A stretch of DNA of 64,000 nt from Azolla caroliniana. Lineage: Eukaryota > Plantae > Polypodiophyta. The position numbers and the translations under genes were made by a program. Positions 1-11,386 of this stretch are shown here, one piece after another; position 1 is the stretch's first letter, and each line of letters begins with the position of its first letter. The notes beneath the pieces are model-generated. The model worked only from the letters and a program-made list of their open reading frames with translations, had not been told where the DNA came from and did not search any database. Where the stretch lies: assembly GCA_043228905.1 (NCBI GenBank), contig JBHGNT010000013.1:9982001-10046000 (forward strand), in the 5' to 3' direction.

Positions 1-717
1 GGGAGATATGAGAGTTGAAAGGTGAACTCTACCTCTCTGTCTTTCACGTTGTCATGATGTTGCGTGTCCAATGGGAGAAATTGTGTAGTTCCACGCACAT
101 TACACAAACGATTATGAATATGAAAATTATCCTAGGGCCTAGTGGCATTTGAGTGCATATAGAGGGGTACAAGCAAGATTTGAACCTTGCGCCTCTAAGA
201 TAGAAGAGATTTATCTTACCATTAGGTCTACTACCAAGTACTTTAAATATTACATACTTCTTTTCAAATTCAAAAGGCATAGGAAAACAACTGTACAAAA
301 CCGTGTGCACAAGACCATGTTCCAAGACCATGGTTTTGTGCATGCCACAAGAAAAAACGTGTGCCCAAAAACCATGGGTCCAAGCCCATGGTTTTGTGCA
401 TGTTAGAACCATGGATAGACCTATAAAAACCCTCGTAAGGCTTGTGTAAAGGGGGGGCTCAATATATGATATCATCAATATAATCTTCTTCTTAATATTC
501 TTCTTGAAATCTGTCTTCTTCTTGAGTCTAAAAATATTTGTTCTTTTCAAATGTGACATTGGTTTCCTCGACTGTAACATCCACATCGTTGTCTTTTCGA
601 CAAATTTGTGAACGTCCTCCCTGGTCTGTGGCCCCGGTTCATTTCACGAACACGCCAGGATTTCCTCGACATCTCATTTGGTGAACCCGACGTGAAGAGT
701 GGCAGGGGAGGATCAAG

Positions 718-1563
718 ATGGACGAGGAATATCTCATGGAGGCAATGTCAAAGATGATAATGGAATATTCGAGAGAAGGGAAAAGACGAGATGCGGCCCA
801 ACAAGTCGTCGAAAGCATGGTCGAGCAAGTCGGCTATGTCGACGGGGGCATAGTCCAAAATTTTCTAGACACCTACAATGCCGAGATGGATTCGAGAGGT
901 GTGAATGAAGCTATGAGGCTGGAGTACTTTTTTCGAGTGGTGGCTGAACCGAACTACAAAGAGGTAAAAGAGCTTCGAGATGCTCATGATTCGTGGGTGA
1001 CTTTCAAGGAGGCTCTATTGGAGGCATATGGCTACGAGAGACCAAAGGGACAAAGTTTGTACAAGTTCAACCAATGGGTGTCATCAATGAAGACCCACCG
1101 GAGTGCCATGGATGCGTTCGTTGAGTTTGAGTGTCGCTTTGCTCAATTCTCAGAGCGGGATCGAAGACTGGTGGGGGTGAATAAAGTTCTACTATTTGTA
1201 AAGTCAATTGATCGATATGAAAGGAAGGCCATTGGAATCCAACTCGAGGATGACAATGGTGCAAATGGCCTCATCAAGGATTGGGCCAGAGTGGAAAGGG
1301 TATGCCGACAACACGACAAGAGGAAGACGAGATTCTCGTCGACAACAACACGACCCATGAGGGATGTTCAAAGGAGAATGAGATGTGGCAATACACCACC
1401 ACCGAAGCAAGAAATCTCGAAGAGGGAAGATTCGATACTCAACATAGAAGTCTTTAAGAGAGAGGCATTCGAGAACTTAAAGGCGCAAGTTGTGGTTGAA
1501 GAGAAGCTTCAAAAGGAGCAAAAACTGAAGCAGATGGTGATCGAGGAAGAAGAGAGCTCCTAA
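718..1563 (+). CDS. Gag-like protein of element 1
   Basis: 281 aa ORF that aligns by eye with the gag N-termini of elements B and F (FLDTYNAEM vs YLEAYQAEM; EFECRFAQFSERDR...KVLLFVKSID vs EFEERFARLSALDR...RVLLFVKSVD). Confidence 0.75.
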   Translation: MDEEYLMEAMSKMIMEYSREGKRRDAAQQVVESMVEQVGYVDGGIVQNFLDTYNAEMDSRGVNEAMRLEYFFRVVAEPNYKEVKELRDAHDSWVTFKEALLEAYGYERPKGQSLYKFNQWVSSMKTHRSAMDAFVEFECRFAQFSERDRRLVGVNKVLLFVKSIDRYERKAIGIQLEDDNGANGLIKDWARVERVCRQHDKRKTRFSSTTTRPMRDVQRRMRCGNTPPPKQEISKREDSILNIEVFKREAFENLKAQVVVEEKLQKEQKLKQMVIEEEESS

Positions 1564-1594
1564 CGAATGGGGGTTGATGAAGTGGCCAAGATGA

Positions 1595-2632
1595 ATGCCC
1601 AAGTTTGGTACCACGAGAGAAGGTGTGGAACAAGACACTTTCTCATCTTGCAAAGAAACAACGACGAAGAATGAAACCAATGAATCGAGGACGGCGAACG
1701 CCACTTCAAGTGAGGACAAATGTTTCGGAACACACATCATGTCTGAAACATCGAGTGATGAAGGTGCAAGCATGAGCAAAGCTTGCGTGATCGAGGGATG
1801 TAAATATTGCAATGTTGGTGTGATTGAGGCGGTAGCCACGAGGAACGACATCGAGTCGCAGATGGCTATGGAAGAGTCCACGGCAGATGACCGTGTCAAG
1901 ACTTTCCCAACACTTGATCTAGAGACTTGGGCAGTTGCGTCTGAGAGCCAACATGAGACCCAAGAGACAGAAAGTGGTGGGGAAGCAAATATTGAAGACA
2001 ATGCGAATAACAACGTTGAGCGAAAGATGGCTATGGATGAGAAGACAGTGACTGATGGTGCCGAGGTTCTCCCCACAATTGTTCCTGAGACTTCGGCAAT
2101 TGTGCCTGATTGCCAACGTGAGACTGGAGAGACGAAAGGTGGGGACAGGAAATTGAAGGACCAAAATGGCGATGAGGAAGATGAGGTGAATGACCACAGA
2201 CGAGGGGATCCCTCCATACCGGTTCTGGAGACTTCAGCAGTTGTGTCCGAGAGCCAACATAAGACCAGAGAGATGGAAGGTGGCGGCGAGGAGATGAGGG
2301 TCGAAGCCAGCGCATATGGAGGAACGGTGGCCAACAAGGAGGGCAAGAACAAAGCTACAATAGAGTTCGATGAAGAGCCAGAGAACGGCAAAAAAGGAAG
2401 AACCAGAAGACAACCCGGATGGAAGATGATGCGGTTGGTATTCCGACCCGAACGGAAGCCGACCCGAACGGGAACTGATCAACTGGGCCTGACCCAACCG
2501 AAACCCAGACGGAAGTCGACCCGGATGGAAGTCGTTCGTCTGAGTCTGATTTGGCCGAATGCAAATACGGACGAAGGTCGACCAAGTGAGAAGTTGATTG
2601 GTCGAGGCCGATCTAGACAGAAGTTGAGCTGA
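1595..2632 (+). CDS. Acidic, internally repeated ORF of unknown function (possibly a frameshifted gag extension)
   Basis: 345 aa E/T/D-rich ORF with three imperfect repeats (PTLDLETWAVASESQHET / PTIVPETSAIVPDCQRET / PVLETSAVVSESQHKT). Confidence 0.45.
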   Translation: MPKFGTTREGVEQDTFSSCKETTTKNETNESRTANATSSEDKCFGTHIMSETSSDEGASMSKACVIEGCKYCNVGVIEAVATRNDIESQMAMEESTADDRVKTFPTLDLETWAVASESQHETQETESGGEANIEDNANNNVERKMAMDEKTVTDGAEVLPTIVPETSAIVPDCQRETGETKGGDRKLKDQNGDEEDEVNDHRRGDPSIPVLETSAVVSESQHKTREMEGGGEEMRVEASAYGGTVANKEGKNKATIEFDEEPENGKKGRTRRQPGWKMMRLVFRPERKPTRTGTDQLGLTQPKPRRKSTRMEVVRLSLIWPNANTDEGRPSEKLIGRGRSRQKLS

Positions 2633-5600
2633 CCTAGTCGTAGATTGAAGAAGACGAGCCGCGACACCTGGTCGAGGCTAGTGAGCATGAGGAAAGGCAA
2701 GCATGAGACGAGAAAGGCCCATCGGAGGAAGTTTGATGACCAAGGAGATGGTCGGGATGAAGGCAGCACATGTATGATGCATGAAGGGTTACGCTTAGGA
2801 GGAGCGAAAGGGGCTATGCCAAGTGGCCATGGCAATGCGAAGGGCGAGCGAATGATATGGCTGATCAAGTGGTGACGATGGTTTGGGTGGAAGGAATGCA
2901 TGTGCTCAAAATGGGGGACGAAGGCCGATGCAGGCGAGGCATGAGAAAGAAAAAAATCAAAGGACAACCACCTTTGAGTCCACCACATCAGTCTTTTCTT
3001 CTTGGCACATGCCAGAGGATGTGTGGTTTGGTGGGGATGGATGTCGTGATGTTGCGTGTCGAATGGGAGAAATTGTGCAATAATGTAGTTCCACGCACAT
3101 TACACAAACGATTATAAATATGAAAATTATCCTAGTGGCATTCGAGTGCATATAGAGGGGTGCAAGCAAGATTTGAACCTTGCACCTCCAGGATAGAAGT
3201 CCTTTATCTTACCAGTAGGGCTACTACCAAATATATTTCTTTCCATATTCAAAAGGCATAGGAAAACAACCGTACAAAACCATGTGCACAAAACCATGTT
3301 CCAAGCCCATGGTTTTGTGCATGCCACAAGAAAAACCGTGTGCCCAAAACCCATGGGTCCAAGCCCATGGTTTTGTGCATGTTAGAACCATGGATAGACC
3401 TATAAAAACTCTCATAAGGCTTGTGTAAAGGGGGTGCTCAATATGTGATATCATTATCATCACCATCAATATAATCTTCTTCTTGAGTCTAAAAATCTTT
3501 GTATTTTTCAAATGTGACATTGGTTTCCTTGACTGTAACATCCACATCGTCGTCTTTTCGACAAATTTGTGAACGTCCTCCTTGGTCCGTGGCCCTGGTG
3601 GTCCCGCTCAAGTAGCACACGCACACGAGCATCTTCACGACAACGTCGCTCACCAATCTCTTATGTTTCAACCCATACAAGCCTGAATTTCAAAGAAGAA
3701 ATCAAGGCTCTTGTGCTCCTTTTTTCCTCTCGACGAGTTGGGAATTCTATTGTACGACTTTCATGAACAACTCAAAAAAGCTAATGCTCGACGAAACGAT
3801 CAGGTAGGTCTTATCAAAAGATCTTCGAAGAAAATTGATGGGACTCACCATCAACGACAATGCCGAAAACACATTTCTCTAAAGAAACGACTCAAAGGAC
3901 CAGGTTGTGATCAATGCAAGTGGAGGAGAAGGAACAACATACATCGATCAAAGTTAGGAATCGACAATAGTTCGGTTTTTGCTTAGTCGGTGTGGCCTTA
4001 TCCAAGACAAACCATGTAAGCCTAAATTGTTTAATGGTTCTCAAACCTGAACCAAACCAAACCAAAACGATCTCTAAACTGGTTTGGGAACCGATTTGGA
4101 ATATTGTACCTTGATAGTTTGATGAATGTATTAAAACCTCCTAACCCTAAACCTTACATATGGTTATTGCCCAATAATGTAGGTATTGTCGGAACTCATG
4201 GAAGTATTCTATGGGAACAAAAATTATTCTCATAAATGGTAAGTAAAGACAAGTGATGAAGATAAAATAGTATGTTCCGATAAAAACAACTAAAACGCTT
4301 AATGCTTTGTTTAACATTTCAATCTCTAAGCAATTAGTGAATTTAATGACGATTGAAACACATTATAAGGATCAAAATGTCTCTTTAGTGCCAACAATAG
4401 CATGAAAACAAAATCAATGACAAAAATTTAAAGAAAAACAAGATAGATGTCTTTTGGTTTATAAAGGGGGTGAAAACATAAAATGAGAAAAATGTAAATG
4501 TTTACTATTAAAAAAATGTAAGAAGTCATCAATTGTCTAAGTTGGTTGTACAATAACATCATTTGTCCAAGTACAAGTATTCAATAACATCATCCTCTGC
4601 CATCATCTCTTCTAAATTGATATCTAAACTATTATAGATGCTATGGGCATATGACCATATAATATCCCGTGGTGAGATTGTACAATAATATTCTATATAC
4701 GTGGATAAAGTGTGAGGGTTAGAAGAGAGTGTAAAGAAGGGAAGGATTACTTTTAATACCTGGAATTGAGACAACCCCTTAAGGCCAAGGGTGAACTTGC
4801 ATGGGAGCCTTAGGTCTAGCTAAAAATATGAGGCCTCGCTACCCTCATTTGACACATTATCGACTACCTCGAGACTCTATCCTTGTGGCAGATCAACTCT
4901 TGTAGCGAGCACACCAATACTAGGTACGACTCGACACCACGACGGTGGTATGGGATGTCGATCGAGGCTCGAGTCCATCTCAATCCCTTCGCTTGGGGGT
5001 GGTCAGGTGGATCGATGCCCTTCTTTCTCTCTCTCCTTTCTTTTCTATCTATCTATATTTCCTTATCTCATGCTTACATTAGGATCTAGCTCTAGCAGTT
5101 GGTATTAGAGCCTTTCTTCTAATGTTTCGTTTGTTGATTGCTTTTTTTTGTTGGATGACCATATGTTGAGCGAGCAAGCTCAACCGGATCCGGATCGGCA
5201 TCCAGAAGGATGAGCCGGATCGGTATCCAGAAACAACCGACCGGATCGGAGAGCCGGATTCGAGTGCAAACCGGAAGCCTAATAGTAGCCTAGACTACTA
5301 GGTAATCATTGTCTCGTAGTTAGTGTCAGTCACTCGTATGAGCATTGAACTACATAGTACTTCAGTCAGTCCTTTTGAGGACTTGTATAAATAGTGTTAT
5401 TTAGCACGTTGTATGTACAGAGCTTACAGAGTGTTTTTATTATTTTGAATCTACGTTTACGTTCTGCTCTCTATGTTAGTCCCGCGTATACTCTCTGTGG
5501 ATTAAGCTTCTCCATTAAACCTTCATCTTATTCTCTGTTGCTATCCAGCTGAGCCGGTTCTGTCTAACACTTCCGCACGTTAACTTTCACATGGTATCAA

Positions 5601-5685
5601 AGCGCGATGGTTGAGAACCTCTGCAACCGACACTTGCTTTCATAGACGAACCCTAGAACCCGGTAACAATAGACAGAGAGAAGAT

Positions 5686-8600
5686 ATGGACAGAGGAATG
5701 GCGAGTTCACTTCCAATAGAGAAGCTCGATTGGAGCAACTACGTGTCCTGGTCATACAAGATGCACCAGTACCTGCTGGGGCATGGATATTGGAGCTTCG
5801 TGGAAGGAACGAACGAGGTAGCGTTGGAGCTGGCACATGAGGACTTTCCGGTATGGGAGCAAGGAGCGAGCCGAGTATTGTACTTCCTCGCATCCTATGT
5901 GCACAACCAGATGCTCGGGCCAATCCGGACAACGATCTGCACCTGGGAGAAGCCATCGTCCTTCTTTGACTTGCAATCAATGCTGATGATCGAAGAAAAC
6001 CACGCGAGTGGGTCCAGGACCACTCAATCGGACGACCGAATGCTGTACACGGAGACAGATCGGCCTCATGGACATGGTGGATGAGGTGGGTCGGCAAACA
6101 ATGGAGGCGGCCGACAAGAACAGGACCAAAGACACAAAGGTAGTGCCGACAGCAAATCCGGACCCTCCACAAGCAGTGGGAATCAAAGTGCTGTCGGGAA
6201 CTAGCAAGGAAAGGCTGACACGGAATGCTGGTATTGTGGCAAAAAGGGCCATAGGGAAAGCGAGTGTTGGAAGAAGCACGTCGATTCGGACAAATCCAGA
6301 TCCGACAAGGCCAACTGGAAAAACTGGCAAAGCTCGCACTACGGAGAAGGATCGGAAGGATCCAGAACCGGGAAGACCGGTAAAGGGCCAGCCTTCGTGA
6401 TGAAGCACAAGGCTAACTCGATGAAGAAGACTACTTCCAAATCAGAGGAAGTATGGTATGTTGATTCCGAAGCGTCCAACCACATGACAAAGCATGAAGA
6501 GTGGTTCTCCTTTTTGGAAAAACCGGAACAACCGGGGATTGTCGAAACCCCTCACCCGATTGTGCATGTCGGAGAAGTCCCTATAAGCCATGTCGGACAA
6601 AAGGAGAAGCTGATGAACGTATTACACGTTCTGACTATCAGAAAGAACCTGGTATCGGTCAGACAAATCGTCGACTAGGGAATGCAGGTGCGGTTTACAC
6701 ACCTCGGGTGCTTCATCGAGGAAGAAGGCTGGATAATTGCGCAAGGGCATAGAGAAGGGAGGATGTTCATCCTCAACACTAATGACGTTGGCACCGCCAT
6801 GTTTGCCACAGGACAAAAGATTGAATCGGATATCGATCTCATTGCACAAACGGATCGGCCACATCAATTACCGGAGGCTTCAGAACTTGCAATCGAAATA
6901 GGTTGTGAAGCCTGCCAACTCGGGAAGCAACACCGGCTTCCATTCCCCACCGAACGAAACCGGAGCCGTAACAAGCTCGATCTAATATATTCGGATGTAT
7001 GGGGACCGGCATCAAACGTTAGTCTTGGCGGGAGTCGATACTTCGCCTCCTTCATCCACGACTACAGCCGGCACACATGGATCTACCTCATTGAGAGGAA
7101 GAGCGAAGTCTTCAAATGTTTCCGAAACCTTCAAAGCTTAGTTGAATGGGAAATGGAGAGGAATATCAAGTGTCTGCGGTCGAATGGTGGAAAATAATAC
7201 TTTTCCGGCCAATTCAACAATTATCTGCTGCAGAACGGAATTCAGAGAGAATTTAGCTGTAGATACACACCGGAGCAAAACGGTGTGGTCGAAAGGAAGA
7301 ACCGGTCGATTGTCGAGGCGGCAAGGGCAATGCTGGAGAAGAAAAGCATGCCCCAATTCTACTGGGTTGAGGCGGTCCGGACGACCATCTACATCCAAAA
7401 TCGGATCGGAGACAAGGTGTCAGCACATGAGCTGTATTTCGGGTGGAAGCCGAATTTGAGGCACCTTTGGATATTCGGTAGCATAGCATATGTCCATGTA
7501 CTGGATGAGAAGCGGAAGAAGCTAGATCCGATGTCGGAGAAGTGCATCCTAGTCAGTTACTTGCATAAGCAAAAGGGGTATAAGTGCTATAACCCCCGGA
7601 CTAAGCAAGTCCGAGTAAGCCGAGATGTCGAGTTTGATGAGACGGCATCATGGTACTCCTTACCAACTCCAACTCCCGACGAAGACCCGATTCCAAAAGA
7701 TGAGGCTAGTGAGCCCGAGGAGGTCCAGGTAGAAGAAAAAGACTTCGGCACTCTAGAAAAGAGTCCGATCTCATTCCAGATAAGTGGGCCGAATGAGCAG
7801 CTGAGTTAGGATGACTAGTCGGATGAAGAACCGGTGAGTAGTGGAGACTCTGGCGTGCTCTCCTCGCGCAAGGAACCGAGGAGACGGTTCACGCGCAAAG
7901 AGAAAGGGAAGCAAAAAATGTCGGAATACGAAACCAGCAATGTTGAGTCGGATCGGAGTGAATCCGACTCCGGAAAGGATGAAGGCGGATCTTCAGGAAC
8001 GAAGTCTGAACTGGCCAATAAGGGCCCCAAACTGGGTAATGACAAGTTACGCCGGTCTTCCTGCCAGAAGAACCCCATTACGTGGTACGAGTACAATGAA
8101 TACATGGCGCATCACTATGCGTACATGACCAAAGTGGCGGAAGTGCATGAACTGGAGAGCTACACAGAAGCGGCAAAGGACATAAATTGGCATGCCACTA
8201 TGGAAGAAGAAATGCGGGCACTCGATGCCAACGACACATGGGACCTCGTTGACCCTCCCCGACATTGTAAACCGATTGGCTGCAAATGGGTGTACAAGGT
8301 AAAGTACAATGTCGATTGTTCGGTTAACCGGTACAAGGCCCGGTTAGTGGCGAAGGGATACGCACAGACCCACGGAATCGGTTACGACGAGACCTTCGCT
8401 CCGGTATCGAAGATGATGACGGTTCGTGTGGTATTGGCGGTTGCTACGGCAAGGGGGTGGCATCTTCACCAGATGGATGTGAAGAATGTGTTTCTTCAAG
8501 TTCACCTTGAAGAACGGGTCTATATGATCCAATCTCCTGTTTTTCCGTCGGAGATGAACAAGTCGGCGGTGTGCCGACTTAAGAAGTCGCTTTACGGTCT

Positions 8601-9663
8601 GAAACAAGCCCCCCGAGCTTGGAATGAGAAGATCACACACCGGTTGCGTAACATGGGGTTTGTGACCATTAAATCTGACTCATAGTTGTTCATCCGGCAA
8701 GGTCCGGACGGTCCGGTTTGCATCTTACTTTATGTAGATGATTTAGTCATCACCGGACCTGGACTCAATGAAATCGGTCTTGTCAAGGCCCAACTGTCGG
8801 ACGCATTTGAAATGAAGGACTTCGGGGACCTTCATTGTTTTCTTGGGATCAAGGTGATCCGAACCCCTGATGGCATATTGCTCTCACAAAGACACTATGT
8901 GCTGAATATGTTGTACAAGTTCGGCATGATGGAATGCCGACCAATCTCCACACCCCTGGATCAAAACTAGAAGCTTTGGACCGGCCTGTGATGAGAAACG
9001 GTTCCGACAAATAGTCGGAAGCTTGATATACTTCACAATCACCCGACCCGACATTAGTTATCCGGTCAGTGTGATCAACCAATTCATGCAGAAACCAACC
9101 GTGGAGCACCTTCAGTGTGCGCATCGAATATTGCGGAATGTGAGTGGCACGAAGGACCGGGGACTGTTATACCGGCATGTTATAACTGAAGAGCTAGTCG
9201 GATACACAGATGCCGACTTGGCTGGTGATGCATCGGATCGTTGATCCACCTCCGGGTACATGTTTTCCCTTGGTAGCGCAGCTGTTGCGTGGAGCAGCAA
9301 AAAGCAGCCAATAGTGGCTCTATCGAGCATTGAGGCTAAATATCAGGACGCTACCAATGCCACTTGTGAAGCCATCTGGCTTCGGCGATTGTTGCGAGAT
9401 ATTTGGATTGAGGTGCTAACCCCAATCCTAATCTACTGCAACAACATAAGAAGCATACAGCTCACCAAGAACCCCGTATTGCATGCTCGAACAAAGCACA
9501 TAGAAGTGCGTTATCACTTCGTACATGAGCGGGTCCTGAGCAATGAAGTCGAACTTCAGTATGTTCAGACGGATCGGCAGGTTGCTGACATCTTCACCAA
9601 ACCACTTGGATCAGACAAGTTGCAGCACTTCATTGAAATGCTTGGTGTTCAGCACCTTGATGT
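5686..9663 (+). pseudogene. Copia A gag-PR-IN-RT-RNaseH, broken by stops, frameshifts and a gag deletion
   Basis: Motifs WYVDSEASNHM (PR), SDVWGP and ERKNR (IN), YKARLVAKG and LLYVDD (RT), RTKHIEV (RNase H); continues at 28541-29207 after B. Confidence 0.9.
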
Positions 9664-11064
9664 TGTTGCATTGTTACGCGCGTGCGTGTAGATCGAGGTG
9701 GGACCACCGGGGTCTTGGACCGAGAAATAGCTGAGAAGGAGGGGAATGGGAAGGCAACATACGCACTTGCACGCGCACGGACGCGGGGCACACAGGAATC
9801 ACAGTGCATCAACACAACAAAACGAGACGACTAGAAGTCTAAGTATATGAACACGTATGTATATTAATTTGTATGTGTATATCAAGACGGTTACAACTAA
9901 CAGGTCGGCAAGGCGAACACCGACGCCTATTCACTCACACGTAGAAGAACAAGATGGAGACTTTGCCGGAAGCACACGGGCGTTCCACGAAGCAGAGTCA
10001 GCCTCTCGAAATCTGCACCCAAGGAATACAGAGAAAGGAGGAGAAGAGCTTGGTCCCAGTCCGGCAACACTTCGTCCTCCACTAAAACAAAAGTGATCCC
10101 CTTTTCATTCCTCTCCCTCTCTTTTATATAGCCCAAGGAGGGAGGCCGTTATCATTCGTTACATCATATTAATTCTCTGTCCTTTCGGACAGAGATACAC
10201 CTCAATTCTCTCCCTATTGAATGCGTGCTACCTAGGATTTCACCTCAGCTGACTTGTACCTACCTACTTACTATACAATGAAAGTGTGCTCACGTGTAAG
10301 GGCTGGTTTACACACGCTAAATTCGTTTTCTGCCTAGGGACGGTTTTCTTCACGACATCTGCCCCCACCTAATCGCGCATCCACCGGTATGCGCCAAAAT
10401 TGGGCTCTTGCCGGAGAAAACCCGTCCATGCTTTACTCCTCGCCTTTCGGGTCGTCATCCGCCTCGGACCATCCGTCGTCGCCATCCATGCTTTCCAGAT
10501 CCGGCTCGCACTCGTGTCGTTTCTTAAATGCTTTGACCCTCTTCCCCGCTACCGGTATTGCCATCCTCGTACCGTCGAGCTCCGCAAGATGGTAGGTCCC
10601 GTTGTTGTTGGCGCCTGTCACTGCGTAAGGCCCGAACCACCTCCTTGCAAACTTTCGCGTCGCCCTGTGCTGGTTGTCGAGGCTGTTATCATACACTAGG
10701 AACCAGTCGCCTTCCTCGATTTTCTTCGGTCGCAGTCGGTGAGTCCGGTCAAATCACCCTTTGTTCTTCAACCTTGCCAACCGAAGCTTCTCCGTGGCTC
10801 TTTCCACGTCCTCCGGCCTCTGCTCGAGTTGTCGAATCCGTGCCGCCAGCAGCTCCTCTCGGCTCATCTCATCTCTCCAGTCCACCGTGGCCCATGAGGA
10901 GATCGTCCGCTTCGTCGGCATGATCGGATTCTGTCAGGAACTCTATTAAGGCAGAGAAGGAATTAGTACTAAAAGAAGGATTAGTACTATTGTTGGGGAA
11001 TAGTACTAAGACAGAGAAGGATTAGTACTATGAGAGGTGTCGAACTTTGAGAGAAGGAATGAGT

Positions 11065-11104
<40 letters not shown>

Positions 11105-11386
11105 TGATGCGAAAGATATATGTATTATATGAAGGAAGATATACAACAGTAGTTAGAAGGCTTAAGACTGGCGTTGAACCGATTTGGTTCGAACTAATAC
11201 CTTGCGCCTCCTTTTATAGTATCTTCAGGAATACTCCTGAAGTTTCTAGAATGTTCCAGAGAAATCTGGAATATACATCAATTTCCCAATAAAACCTAAA
11301 TGAAAATAATATCCTTCAAATTACAATTCATAACCTAATGGTAAAGTCTCGACCCGTGTAACAAAAGGTTATGGGTTCGAGTCTAG

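Larger units (their letters stand above)
50..3642 (+). mobile_element. Non-autonomous (gag-only) Ty3/gypsy LTR element, tRNA-Trp primed (element 1)
   Basis: Diverged direct repeats 50-671 and 3042-3642 with TG...CA ends; PBS TGGTGAACCCGACGTGAA at 679-696; purine tract GTGGGGATGGA before the 3' LTR; TSD ACGT at 46-49 and 3643-3646; no PR, RT or IN motifs inside. Confidence 0.85.

Noticed and set aside
3647-4638. Possible decayed TE or gene remnant between element 1 and G (similarly 58660-59600)
   Set aside because: No motif, terminal repeat or convincing ORF recognisable by eye.
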